A DNA stretch of 64,000 nt from the human T2T-CHM13v2.0 reference genome, Homo sapiens. The position numbers and the translations under genes are program-made. Every line of letters starts with the position of its first letter. Position 1 is the first letter of the stretch. Shown here piece by piece: positions 38,722-53,339 of the stretch. Where the stretch lies: NCBI RefSeq assembly GCF_009914755.1, contig NC_060939.1. One strand, given 5' to 3'. Under the pieces are notes generated by a model. It made no database searches. It worked only from the letters and a program-made list of their open reading frames with translations, and was not told the DNA's origin.

Positions 38722-41700
38722 TCACAGTATTCACAAAATAACTTGCTGAGATTTTAATTGGGATTGTGTAAATTAAGATAAAATTATATTGATGAATATG
38801 GAATATACTCACATTAGTTCTTCTTTGATTTCTTTAATCAGTGTTTTTATAGTTTTTCTCATATAAATCTTGTCCATATTTTATTAGATTAACACCTAAG
38901 TTTTCACTTGGGAAGGTGTCGATGTAAATGCTATTATATTTTTAATTTCAAATGCCATGTGTTTATTTCTGATACATAGGAAACCAATTGACTTTTCTAC
39001 ATTAACTGTGTATCCTGTAATTCTGCTGTAATTGTTTATTGATTCCAGAATTTGTTTTGTTTATTCTTTCAGGCTCTCTACATAGATGATTATGTTGTCC
39101 GAACAATGAAAGTTTTCTTTCTTTCTTCCTAGTCTGTCTACTTTATTTCCTTTTAGTATATTATTGCATTAGCTAGAAACAATTTTTTTTGCACACTCCT
39201 TTGGAACAGAGCTAAGCTTGTCAGTTTTTAGATTTCCCTTGAATTTGTCCAAAAAGTTTTGGAGCAAGCTGTTTGTTTTTTCTATTATATAAAATCAGTT
39301 TCCAATGGACTGAAAAAGTCTTAGTAAAATCCAGAGAGCCATGTCAATACTGAGTCCCGCTGCATGCACTACTGTCTCACACAGTAAGCGATCTAAGCTG
39401 GAACCTGATGATGTGCAGCATCACGTGCAGGTGTCCAAGGATCAGACCAAAGTCAAGGTCAGCAGTGTTTCATAGCTTTTCCATGAGGCTGAAGCTCACC
39501 ACAGAGCCCATCTGGTAGTTTTGGCTCAAGTAAACCACAAACTAGAGAAATATCTGAGAATATTTACTGAACCTAAATTATCTCAAACCAGAATGGATCA
39601 TCAGTGGAGCTGAATAAATGGAAAAACAGCGACTGATTTAAAGAATTTGTAAATTCCCACATTATCTAATATTCCTTTTTTTCTTCTTTGCCTTAAATTT
39701 TTTATTAAAATATTTTATATTTTTAATTGTACAATATGTAATAAATGCAAGTATGTTCTAATTGTATTTATTTATAATAATTTATAATGTAGAAATATTA
39801 TAAAACATATAAATAAAATTAGAAAAAATTTCAAATAAGTGGAAAGAATAGTATCATTGAACCCCATATTTAATAATTATTAACACTGTGCTAAGTTTTT
39901 TTTCTCCTCTCTTTGCATTCTCTCTCTCTTCTACACACACACACATATATATACACATATGTGCATTTCCTAAATCATTTCAAAGTAAATTACAAATTTA
40001 CACTTCATCATGTATCTACAAAAAATAAGGTTATCTTCCTAGATTATAATACACCAGTATCACACATAACAAAATTAAAATATTTCTAATATAAGCTATA
40101 ATTAAGTCTATTCAAACTTCCACAGTATACTCACTATTATTTTTTGGAATCGAATTAAGAATGAGCATTACATTTGGATGTTATATCTCTTGACTCTCGT
40201 TCTTTGCACATTTTCACTGGTGTTTTATATACATACTCTTGACTCTTTTCTAATTGAAACAGGACTCATCTATTATTTTTACATTTTATTGTTGCTGTTG
40301 AGATGAGACATACATACAGCAAGGTATACATAATCCCATAAATTTTCCTTTATTGACTCATCCAGCTATATCCAACAGACATGTTGCTTTGTTATTCATT
40401 CATATTATCACTCATTTTAAAGTATTTTATATTTTTCTTATGATTTTTTCTTTGAACCATGAATTATTCAGAAGTGTATTGTTTGACTTTATCTATTTTT
40501 ACTTTTTAAATATTTTGAATTATATATGAGTAATTTAAATTATTGATTCAACTTACATATGAGGTTTACATATATTTTTATTGGAGAGTGCTGCTCTATA
40601 TCTTTGTTAATTTTTTGACCATCTAATTTATCAGCTTAAGAGACATATGTGTTGGGCTTGTATAAAGTTAAGGAGTATTACCTGCGTTCCTAATTTTCTG
40701 AATATTTTCATTACAAATATTATTGCACTTCATTGAATTCTTTTTCGTCTATTGCAATAATCATCTTTTTCTCCTGTAGTCTAATAGAGTTGCAAATTAT
40801 ATTGGAAAAAAGTAATACCTCTTTGTTGTTTTAGGTTGAGTCTTAAATTTAACAGTGAAATTGAAAATTAAAGACAGAGAACGAGAATTTCAAGTGAGTG
40901 AGAAAATGAAACTCAAGACAGTGTGGAGTCACTGAAACCAAGGTTAAGGGTTGTTTCAACTTTATTAAAAGAGAATGATGAGTGATCAACTAAGCAGAGT
41001 ACTAAAAATATGTCAGGTAAATCATAAAACCCAGAAGGCAAATCTAAAAAGTCTGATTTTACTGTGGTTTTATGAAATAATTCAAACTAACATAGTTTGA
41101 AGATAGAGTAAGAGGTGACAAAATAAGATCTAAACTTGATCGTCCTCACTTATTTTCCTCTAACCCAGAGGTTTGCTTTCTAAGCTAGAAGAAAATCTGC
41201 ACCATGACATTTCTACCTTCTTTACCCTCAGAATCATCTATCAACCTCTGAAGACACATGCTCCAAAAACAAAATTTTCCTTCATCTCTCAGAAAAATAG
41301 CATATACTAGAGAATTAACTGGTGCAATTATAATTATTTGACTATTATTCTAACATGGGATATTAATGATCAGATATTACCTTTGATTTCAAGAAACTGT
41401 TGCTATAAACATAAAGCAGAAAATTCTGAAGGAAAAATGTTTATTGTTTTTACATATTAATATTATTTTGCAAAGTAAAGCTTCCTGTGATGTGACTTTT
41501 AGGCAGAGAAAAATATCACATTTCATAATTGAAGCTATTTTCCAATATCTTGCAGATAGTTCACTCTTATATTACTTCCCTATAACAACCTAATTCCCAT
41601 TGATATTTTATTAAGCTATCTCCAAAACTGAGATGTTAATCAAGATTTGGATGGGAAAATGATGTAAATCCTTATGTTCAACACCATGACTATCTGGTTT

Positions 41701-41950
41701 ATTTCTACATAATGACTTAAAAGATCTTACCCACAGGCTTCAGACCAGAATTAGTGTAATATTCCATTTTCAAGTCTACTGTGTAGCAACCCAGTCTTCA
41801 TTCTGCATTAATGTTAGTGTTATAAAAAGAAGCATTTAAAATCAGTAATAGGATTTGTAATATTAATGAATAAATTTTCTACTCATTTGTATTTCTATAG
41901 TTCCATTAGAGTTCCTGTTTGTCCATTTATTTTCTCAAACCTAGTGATAA

Positions 41951-42283
41951 TAGTTTTGTGTCATATAACGACAGGGATATGTTCTGGGAAATGCTTCACT
42001 AGGCGATTTTGTCATTGTGCAAACATCATAGAATGTACTTACATAAACTTAGATGGCATAGTCTACTACACACCTAGACTATGTACCACAGCCTATAGTT
42101 CCTAGGCTACAAACCTGTACAGCATGTTACTATACTGAATACTATAGGCAATTGTAATACAACAGTATTTGTGTATTAAACATAGAGAGGTTACAGTAAA
42201 AATACGGTATTAAAATCTTATGGAACCACCATCATATACATCGTCTATCATTGACCAAAATGTCATTATGTGGTACATGGCTG
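41951..42283. mobile_element. Tigger3a/MER7-like TcMar MITE
   Basis: 'acagggatatgttctgggaaatgc...cctaggctacaaacctgtacagcatgttac...gtacatggctg|ta'. Confidence 0.85.
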
Positions 42284-44119
42284 TAATTTGAACTTTGAAA
42301 TATTAGATGGTGATTCACAAGTAGTTTTCCAATGTATCACTTTTTGTTCTTTTCCTTTTTAAATTTCTGGAAGACTTTTCTGCTTATCTGTTTTTAAGAA
42401 TAATGCCTCATGTGCTTGAAATTACATAATCGAATAAGTAAAAAATAAAAGACCATAAATATTGTACATGAATCTTTCATTGTATCTAACAATTTATTGT
42501 GAGAACTAAGTTATTATTCTTAACATTAAAACAAAACGCAAGCTGGAATGCCTTTCCTTATTTTTAATTTTTATTATGTATAATAGAAAAAATTCCTAAT
42601 CACCATTTAGAGTAGAATGTAATTGTATTTGTAGAATATATCTAGAAACATGACTTTTTGTGATTGATTTCATACTAACTTGCAAATAAAAATTTTCACC
42701 CTAGAAATGCATTTGTAGTATCTTTCTAAATTTTGGAGGCCTTACTTAATGGATTAAACTGTTAGAAATTATGATGTTATGTGGCCTATATTGCACTACT
42801 GAAATAACAGGAGCAAAATTATACAGAAATGAAAATGCCCAATTTGTTACCAAAAAAAAACCCTTTTAAACTAAAATTACTTACCTTGAGTTAATAAAGC
42901 AGAGTAAGCAGATATGTCACCTCTGACATATATAATCTAAATATACAGGAATGCCAGATTTTAAAAATGACAAAATATTATAAATATTACAGCTTGAAAC
43001 CAAGAATAAAACATCTAATAACTCAAAGTGGTTTACTAATGTTTCAGAAGACAACATCCAGGACTTACAGTTTTATCCTCTGTATGCAAGAGGTGTTCAA
43101 GCTAAGGGCCTACTGTACACGAAGCCAGGATATCTCAAAATTACTCTACATAAAAATCTATGTACTAACTCATAAAAGCAACAAGGAGGCTGCCACCTTT
43201 CTGGAGCCATGGGTAGAAATAAACAAGGCCATTGAACCTGGCGCCTATGCTACACCCATGTGAGGGCCAAAACACACAGTTGTTATGATAATGGATCTCA
43301 TGACAAGTACCAAACATAAAAATAGTCTATAATCAATAAAACATATGAGTCCTAACAGAGGCAAAATATTAAGTCATCTCTGTAAAGTCACTTCTATAAC
43401 TTGGGCACTCCCATAAAAAAATGTCAGTGACGTTATCAAAAATCACAAACTGCCACTTGTGAAATACAAGATAATTCCAAATGAGAATTACAAGATTATT
43501 CTAAAAGTGACATTTAGACTAAGAATGTTTTAAATATTCAAAGATAATAAAAATGGAACAGAAACCATAAGGCAAAAACAGAACAGTATGTGATAAATTG
43601 ATTTTCTCTGTACTTAGTGAAATATTTCATTCAGAAAACCTACTACATGTCCCAAAAGTCTGGGATGAGTTTCTGAATCTAATCTGGAAAATCATAAAAG
43701 GATGGAGATGAGTGGACCTCCTGATCTGAAAGTAGGTTGAAGGCAAAGTGCTACACCATTTTGATATACACTCTCATTATGTTTTAGGGCCAAGCATGTA
43801 TCAGTGATTTCCTTGGGCCAGATGTAGGCGAGGTGGAAGAAAGAGCATCACTGGAGGAATAGACATAGTTAGAATTGGGAAGCTTAAGACAGGGACAGCA
43901 AAAAACTGCAATCAGGATACATTCTCCCTAATCTGGGAAATGCAGATGGGAGTACCCTACAAGTTAAGCAGGGTGGGGGAGAGAAACGGCAAACTACTTG
44001 AAGACCCATCAAAGTACCCAAAAGAGAAAGATTTAGCTGTATAAGCCTGCCCCTGTCTACACTCCTGAAGGCTTACCTGTAAGGATTGCATCAAACCCCT
44101 AGATGCTGGCTGGTTTTAG

Positions 44120-44875
44120 GCAGTGGAAGATCTTGGAGGGTAGAGTAAAAGAACCTGGTTAATTTATTCCCCTGGCATTCTCACAGCTGGGCTGCAGATT
44201 GGCAGTGCCTGTATTTCTCCACTTAAGGTCAAAGCTGTTGGGTGTGATCTCAGGGATGGTAGTGGCTTTACAACTTCACTGAGGATGTTTCACTTTCCCT
44301 TAGAAAACACTCCTTTCACTACACTCTTGGCCATCACTCCGTTTGCACATGTTCCCTGCCAGGACATTAACTGATACAGACCTTTATCTGTTAAGTCAGA
44401 ACTTTGCCTGTCTCCTTACACCTTCTCCCTACTCAACTTCCTTCCACCCTGCAGGACACAGAATCAAGGTTAAGAAGCCAAGGAAAGCCCTGTAGAAACT
44501 CAAGGCAGAGAGAAAACAAAGCATATATCTGCTTTTCCAACCTCAAGCTTTCCTTATGCACCCGAACCAGGCTAGGAATGGGAAGAAGTTTCAACACTAA
44601 ATCAGGTTTGGAGTTTTGACTATTACGTAGGACTGGAATGATTCTACAAGACTGGAAAATTTAATTACCAAATTAAGACAATACTCAGTGCATTAAATAA
44701 CCATGTAACTCTGTTTTAACCAAGGGCTGCTAGAAATGCCATAGACTACCCAAATTTCTGTCTAGTACTTGAAAAGAGTAAATATCCAGATCATCTGTTA
44801 AAAGGAAAGGGAGACACATGGGATTGTTTCACCATTAAATTCCACAACCTATGCTTGTCCAATTTATGACTTACA
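44120..44875 (+). mobile_element. Ancient LTR fragments (ERVL-type ending 'actgataca' at ~44378, then Gypsy-like MamGypLTR/LTR85-type)
   Basis: 'ccctgccaggacattaactgataca'; 'taaatcaggtttggagttttgactattacgtaggactgg...ttaattaccaaattaagaca'. Confidence 0.4.
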
Positions 44876-44993
44876 GGTAGAAGCAAACATAGGTTTTAAG
44901 GCTATACACCAAAATCTTGATGGTGGTAGCCCTTGGAGAGATAGCAACTAAAGGTGGCTAAATATTATACCTTTATCTACTTTATATTTTTAA

Positions 44994-45391
<398 letters not shown>

Positions 45392-46481
45392 TAAACTCGG
45401 CCTCAATGTGTTCTTAGTCTTCCCAAATCCTTCTTTTGTCAAACCCTCAAAAACCGTTGACTTACACTGTTAGCCTGAAAAATGGCCCTACTCTTGGTCA
45501 TTTCTTAGTTTACAATCTGCTTTGAAATTTCAAGTGTCCTTACAAAGGCAGAAATTCAAAACTGTAGTGCAATGATATAAATGCCAATGGGGAACTAAAT
45601 GACATTTTTAGTTACAGCTCATTTTGCAGTTATAATTAGGGGCAGTCAGACATGGGCCTGTAACTCAAGAACTTAATGGGAATCCCTGAAGCAGAACTAT
45701 TGAACTGACAAGTGAGTCTGTAAGAACTAGAAATAACACACCCCCAACAAGGATCTTTCACTGAAATGACTTCCTAAATTTAGAAGTTTACAGTTGTCTG
45801 TTTTATGGCTACTATTTAGAATCAGATTTTTTTTCTACACAAACCACTCCAAACCCTTCAGTCAATGTTAAATTGCTGTTTTACAATTTTATTGGTAGCA
45901 TTTTGGGCCTTTGACAAGACCATCCCCATGCTCTGAAAATGATCAATGTGCATTGTACTTGATGTCACCTAAATTGGGCCATCAATTGGCCAATTCTAGC
46001 TAGACGTCAAAACTTTAAAAAAGTAAATCTAACACTTAATAAACACACACACACACACATCCCAGAAAAACTAGAAGTGTAATATCTTTCTTGAAATCGA
46101 TTGATGAGACACCAAAAAGGAATTATGTTTTATAACAAGGAGCAAGACTTTCTAAAAACCATCTTTGCCCAATTCTATTCTAAATCCCTCTTATAATATG
46201 GCACCTATTTCTCAAACTCTCTTCTATCTCTTCTGAAACTTCAACCCATTATTATAATCTACCTCTACCCACTGCTCATATTCTTACCCCGGCTGCCACT
46301 CCCCAGATCTGTTTTGTTCTCCCATGAGAATCTTCACATTCTTTCTATTCTAAATAAATGTATCCTCTTTTAGTAATTCTTTAGTTCTTCTTACCCAATG
46401 CTCTAATCAGAGTATTAAAATCTCAAGCACTTGTTAGATTATAAAAATAATTTTCCTAGGAGAATTTAGAGAAAAGAAACA

Positions 46482-46693
46482 TAGGATTGCCAGGTTTTGC
46501 CAATAAAAATACAGGAGACTAAGTTAATATAAATTTCAGATAAACAACAAATATATTATTTAGTATAAGAGTGTCCCAAGTAAAATAATAAACATGTCCC
46601 AATATAATTTGGACATGTTTATACTAAATATATACTTGTGATTTATTTGAAATTAAAATTTAACTGGTATCCTGTAATTTACCTGCAACCTTA
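46482..46693. mobile_element. MER53 hAT MITE (palindromic)
   Basis: 'taggattgccagg...ataaaaatacagga'...'tcctgtaatttacctgcaacctta'. Confidence 0.8.
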
Positions 46694-47829
46694 GAAGAGA
46701 AGATTTTTAAATATGTTTTTATTTCTGACCTTGTGACACACATAAAACACAGAGATCTAAGCAACACTTACGGTTCCTCATCTCAGCATGTTCTGATGTT
46801 AAGTTTTTGTGATAGGACTACTTCCAATTCATATATCACTCTGGCTTGGTGTTGGTTAGTTTCCTAAGCTTTTCACTTCCATTTCTCTATATATTTGATG
46901 ACTGTGGTAAGACCCTGCAACTCACTTTGGGAAAATACCCTTGTTATTCATGCTCTCACTTTTTATGTTCACGATCAGCAAAGGGACAGCAAGTGCAAGA
47001 AAAATGTAAAAAATGTGATTTCTATCAGCCCAAAAGTAAAAGGAGGGGCTCTCATAATTGTCTTCGCAGCCAAAACCTGAATTACTAACACTAAGATCTC
47101 CTCAGACTCCAGGGGAGAAAAGCAAAGGAAGGAGAAACTCAACTTCTAAGATGCTTTGAAGCTTAGTTTGGTCCTGAATACTTTGCAGATGCAATCCCTA
47201 TGCTGAATTAGATATATGATCCAATTTTCCTCCTTAATCTTTTTGCTCAAAAGAAAGAAAAAAATCCTTTAGTTACTTAATAACTAAGGATTTTAAACCA
47301 ATTGACCTAAAGCTCCCTGCTTTAGTGGTTTTTGTGCTAATGTACTTGGGCCAAATTATTTAAGTTGTAAAGAGACAGACTTAAGACAAATCTGCTGTTG
47401 TTATATGTCATTAATAATCCCACAGGCCATGTGCAGCATTAATTTAAGCAGTAAAAACAAAACACTTCTTGGAACAAATAGCACAGCACACTTAATTTTA
47501 GAAGTTTTATAAACAAAGATTGAGTGAAAACTGGTTTCGACATCTTTGGCTAGAGGTATATTAGCAAAAGTATAGATTTGAAAGAAAAGAAGAAAGCAAT
47601 GAGCTTCTGCCCACAAAATTCATTCGTCTTAATTCATTAGCATATTCTATTGTTCAGAATCTTTAGTTTGACAGAACACGGGAATGTACTACTGAAGGCT
47701 CACCCATGGCACCAGCTGACTGACAATTCTGTGAATTTCGGTGCTGTTTTAAGAAGGATATAGTATACTTCTTAAAGTGAAAACCAAAATATGGTTCCAT
47801 TTTCTCTATGTGATATTAAGTACCAAAAG

Positions 47830-48400
47830 AAGAAAGTAGGATTGCCTTTTCTCTCTATTATCCCTACTATCTCAGTTGCAGAATCTACAATTCCTTTCCT
47901 TATGACCTTGAGCTCAATGTGTTTAGCTATCCTGAGGTCTAAGAGAGGAATGTTTTAATATCAAACATTATCATGGTTCAAGTGATTTGAATGCCACTAC
48001 CATTTCTTGAGGATTTTATTTTTATATATAATGGTAAACCAACATTCAGAGAAGGGGGCTATTGTACTGGTCAGGATGATTGATCATAATTACCAGGGGC
48101 AATTGTATTGATGCTATGCAGCAGACACAAGGAACACCATTTGGATGCAGGGAATTTATTTTTTTTTTTTTTTGCCCAATAGTCTTAATAATGGGGAACT
48201 GCAACAACCTAATAAAGACAAGACCACCAAGTACTTAGCTCTTGCCAGAATGAAATGCTGTGTCACCCAACAGGTAAGAAATGCCATTCACTTGATATGT
48301 TAGCAGATATTATGGACAAAACTGAATGACTGTTAAAAGAATACAGGGATGATTCCATTGATTTATTCAGGTAAAATTTACATTGCCAGCAAATGGGGCA
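47830..48400 (+). mobile_element. ERVL internal relic (integrase end/dUTPase region)
   Basis: 'aaccaacattcagagaagggggctattgtactggtcaggatgattgatcataattaccaggggcaatt' and 'aatggggaactgcaacaacct...gaatgaaatgctgtgtcaccc' follow the HERVL dUTPase/3' region; frame broken. Confidence 0.65.
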
Positions 48401-48879
48401 GTTATGATTTATGTTAATTTATTGTTTATATATTCCTTCATTTTTTCCCATTATATAAACATGGCAGCTAACATTTTTTATTTTAAATGGAAATACAATT
48501 AAATTGACATCACTCCATAATGATATGGTAATTGATGTATGAATCAAGGATGAACAGATACTGAAAGGAACAGGTGTGAGACGTAATAGACTTCCATTCG
48601 TGTTCCGTATCTGCTTTCTACTCTTCTTCATCTTGCAAATGCTAAATACTAGCTTGAAAATTTTAGGCCAGATACTCAACTTTTAAAATATTAAGTTCAA
48701 CGTGTATTTTACACATATAAAGAAGACACATAATATTTACATTAGTTTTGGATCGTAAGTTTTAAATGAGCACCCATGAAATCTCTACCCAAAGAACTAT
48801 TATAGAATATTATCGCATTATTAATGAGGTAATTTTCACTTCTTTGCTTCTAGTTATTTAACTTCCAAAAACATTTCTT

Positions 48880-49760
48880 TTCTCATAAATAAAAAATATA
48901 ATAAACTATCCATCATCAAATCCCATTGGTTCAGTCTTCAAAATATATCCAAAGTCTGATAATATCTTACCACCTCTACTACCCAAACCCTAGCTTCCCT
49001 AGACCAAGTCACCATGATCTCCTGTTTGAACTTTCTAAACAGTCTTCCATCTTTTCCATTTTTCTCCCTCTCTTCAATTCTCCCCATAAAAACCAAAGTA
49101 ATTCTTTTAAAATATAAGTCAAATGATATAATTCCTCTGCTCAAAACCCTATAATAATTTTCCAACTCATTTTTTAATAAAGCTTAACTTCTCACCATGG
49201 TTTGGAAGGCGTCACATGGTCTTTATCATGCCTCTCTCTCTAACCCCAACTCTTCTCTCTCTCACCTCAAACATTCCACTTCAGTCACCCCAGTCTTCTC
49301 TCCATTTCTTCAAATTTTCTTGTTAACTCTCACTTTTAAATTTATTATTCCCTCTGATTGAAATGTTCGTCTTTTACATATATATCTCCAAAGCCCATTC
49401 ACACACTTAGTTCAGTTCTTGGTCTTTTCAAAAGCCATCTTCTCAGGGAAACATCTCATGACCCTACCTAAAATAGCACTCACTTATCCTATTGTCTCAT
49501 CATTCTTTATTTCTTTTCCCTAGTTATACTCTATAGATATGTTACATATTTTTCACATAGCACTCACTTATCCTATTGTCTCATCATTCTTTATTTCTTT
49601 TCCCTAGTTATACTCTATAGATATATTACATATTTTTCACTTACATATATTACTTATATAATATAAACACCATAAAGACAAGACCTTTGCCTGTGTAGTT
49701 CATATCTATAGTTCCAGCTGTCAGAATAGTGCCTGGCACAAGATATTGATCCTTGATACC
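48880..49760 (+). mobile_element. L2 3' region
   Basis: 'cttttaaaatataagtcaaatgatataattcctctgctcaaaaccct', 'agaatagtgcctggcaca'. Confidence 0.75.
49473..49640 (+). repeat. 84-bp direct tandem duplication (2 copies)
   Basis: 49473-49556 vs 49557-49640 differ at one base (49541 g, 49625 a). Confidence 0.96.
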
Positions 49761-52700
49761 CCAGAGCTTGAAGTGTCAGAAGCCCTCAGATCTTTTACTG
49801 CAAGAAGCCTTATGTGCTTACTCCCAATGTGCTAATATCATTGCTTAAGTGTGCTGTCATGTGATAATACAAAATTCTAGGAGGACTTGATTAGAGAGAA
49901 TAAATAAATATGAGATACCAACTCATACTCGTAGGAGATACAAATTATTGAATAAATTCATGCAAAAAAGTTTATGACAGTGATGCAAAACCTATAAATA
50001 CACAGGAGAGGAATAAACATATGATGTCAACACATGTTTAATTCACGCATAAATATATCTAAAATATAAATGCTGCAGGCATTCAATTTGATGCACTATG
50101 GGATGATATCAGAAAGTCTTTTGAATGAGATAAAATCAATACACAACTATCAATATCAAGATTTTTAAAACGTGTGAGATAATGAACCTCTAAGTGATCA
50201 CTAAAATATCAGGAGAAATTTCAAAATAAAGCAAGAGGTTCAATCCTGAAGATATTTTATTCATGTGCTGTTGGCCTCAAAATACTGGGCCTTTACAGGA
50301 AGACTGCTGAGGAATTGAAGACAAATGGAGAAGAAATATGCTACTTATAGGTTTACAATCAGATTTATGCTCACTCTAAAGAAAGCTTGGCCCTGGAGAA
50401 GAGCCACATAAACATGTCTAAAATAATTGAAGGTATTTTGAGGACAGATACTATAAAAGGGCTTTTTACGAAGGGTCTATGTAAAAATAGTTCCTCAGTG
50501 AACCAATTCTTCATAAAGACAATTAGAGATGCTTGCCCTTTCAAAGAAACATTTTGAGGATGTTCATATGCTACAGCAGAGCAATCCTTTTATATCTGTG
50601 TAAGATTTCTCTTATTTTTGAAGTCTCCAAGGGTAAAATAAGAGTGGTTATATCAGCTACAATCATCAGCATTTACTTTTACTTCTGCTAAGTCCCGCAA
50701 GAAAAAACAAAAACATAATACAAATAAAAAATAACAAGCACAGGGAACAGAGAAAGATGCAGATTATGACTTGAGAAGCAGCAGTACAATGAGCAGCACA
50801 ATGCCGCCAGTTTCCTCAAAAAGAGGACTGTAAATAAGCCTTGGCATACCTGTAAGGAGGGAGATTCCCGAATCTTCATTTAACAAGACAGAGCTCAGTC
50901 ACTCAGGCGAAACGTGTTTGTATGTGAGGTACACAACATCAGTAACTTCTTAAACCATCCACAAAGTTGCACAAAGGCAATTGCACTGTGACTTTTTAAT
51001 GTGAAGCTAGTGCAATCACCTTTTGCTTCTCTCAAAACACTTTTAATAATGTCCTATCAGAATTTTCATCTTTGTTAGAGACTCTTTATGAATTGCCAGC
51101 ATAAAATGGAACATCAAAGATACACAGGAGTCAATCATCTATCCAACAAACAATAAGCAGTGATAATTTTGTCCATATATACCATTACATCATATTCCAT
51201 CAAAATTATCAAGAACTCCCAGTGTGCCAAGTAATTTCTGACAAACTTTGTGTCATGTTATAATGGAAAGGTATATATAGAAATGGCAGTCCTAAGAGAT
51301 CCTTGTTGGTATATTTATGATGAATGTTGCATACTAAAGATCATTATAAAATTATTTTTATTCAAAATTCATGTAGCAGCCACTAAATAATAGATTTTAT
51401 TACATATTGTTTACACTTCAAGAAGATAGGAGGGTCTGAGTTGAATTATTCATTTTTTCTAGGGATTATTTGTGTTTTCTTTCAAGAAACATTTAATATT
51501 TAACACGTAATTTTTCTTATCTCTTATAATCTCAGATATTTTAATAGTGTTCTTCAGAAAAATATACCCAAGATCATAAAATTTAACAGGAATTAGAAAA
51601 GAGAAGATGTTTATGTTTAGAGGAGAAAATAAGCAGAATTAGATATGCTCAGATATCTTCCCCTTTCTGTGAGTCAAAATATTTATTTCTATGCATTAAT
51701 CTCATTATTGTAGAAGGTTGTGTATCATCATCATTTGATTTTTAGAACCTCAGACTTATATGGAATCATTTCTTTGAGTTTGACTTCTTTCAATGTTTAT
51801 GGGATTCATTTATGTTGTAGTATGTATTGATGTCAGTATTTTATTATATGAATGTGCCATGAATTTTTTTGGTATATTATCCTATTGTTGAACATTTGAT
51901 TGCTTCTGATTCTTGGCTATTATGAAAAAAGCTTGCAAGAAATTCTTTTACAGCTCTTTTTGTGGATAGATGCTTAATTTTTCTTGGGAATATAAGTGAA
52001 AGTGGAATTTCTGAGTCATAGCAAATATTCTAACATGATAGACATGCTCTATACCTTGATTGAAGTGTTGGTTAAAAGATTGCATATTTTTTTAAACGCA
52101 TCATCCAACTATACATATAAGATATGTATAATTTTTTGCATATAATCATGCCTTTAAGTAAAAAATATATTTAGAATGTATTTTCCATTTTTTTAACACA
52201 GCTAATCATTTATTCATAATACCAAAATTCAAGCACAAATTATCCATCTCATTTATGGAGTATTTTATGGTATTTAAATAGTTTTTATGTACATTATTAT
52301 AGTCTTGAATTTAGTGGCAACTTTATTTGCTAAACCAGAGAAAATATTAACACTCATTTGTAGATAAGAAAAGTGAGGTATCGAAAGACTAAATGGCCTA
52401 ATTCACATAGCAACACAAATTAGGAGAGCTCAGGGTCATTGGTCTAGTGAAGCCAACAACCACCAATATGTCATGGAGTCGTTTTGTAGAAATTCTTCTG
52501 TATCATATTTATAACATTTCCTAAATAAGTAGGTTACAAAAAAGAGCTTCCAATCATAAGCTAATGCACTTGACTGCTACTTCAAAACTAGAGCAATGGT
52601 AGGAGACATTGCCCTTTAAAGATCTCCTAAATATACTTACAGTTAACAATTGCATTTATTCTTTTATGTTCATTAAGGTTGTGCTAAGACACATGAAGTT

Positions 52701-53339
52701 TTGCATTTGCATGCTCGTTGTTGGTAACATCCTATGCAACTTTTAGGAGACTGAGGTAGAACTGGCAGACATTACTCAATTTGCTAAGCCAAAAAGGATA
52801 ACAGCATTCTAGTAATAAAGCTGTGCTAAGAGGAGATTTCATCTTCAGTGAAAACAGCTCTTCTTGACATAATATCTTTTTGAATCAGTTGTATTATCGT
52901 ACAGCTATCATCTTTATGGTATGTGAATCAGCAAACCCATTGTCTGTGTATCTCCTTCCCACCTCTCTATACCCTTCTCTCCTACCCTCTGGATTGTTTA
53001 GCAGATTTGCGTGCACAGCAGGCAGTAATGGGGCAGGCTATTACTTTCATGTCCACACCCTGAGCCAAGGTCACAATTTCAGTTTCTTTTCTTCATGTAT
53101 ATAATTAGTTTTACAGAAAATGTGAAACCGTGACTTGTCATCTTGTTTCACACCCTCTGGTAAAACTTATTAGTTTAGAAGCATTGATCTAAAACAGAGT
53201 GTCTTTTTCCCTCCTAGCATCTGCCAATCCTTCCCTATTTCTGTGTGTTTACATAAATCAGGGACAGGAGACATGCGGATCCTAAATATGAAGGAATCCG
53301 GTTGGGTGGGGACTACAGAAAACGAGACAGTTCACTGTT

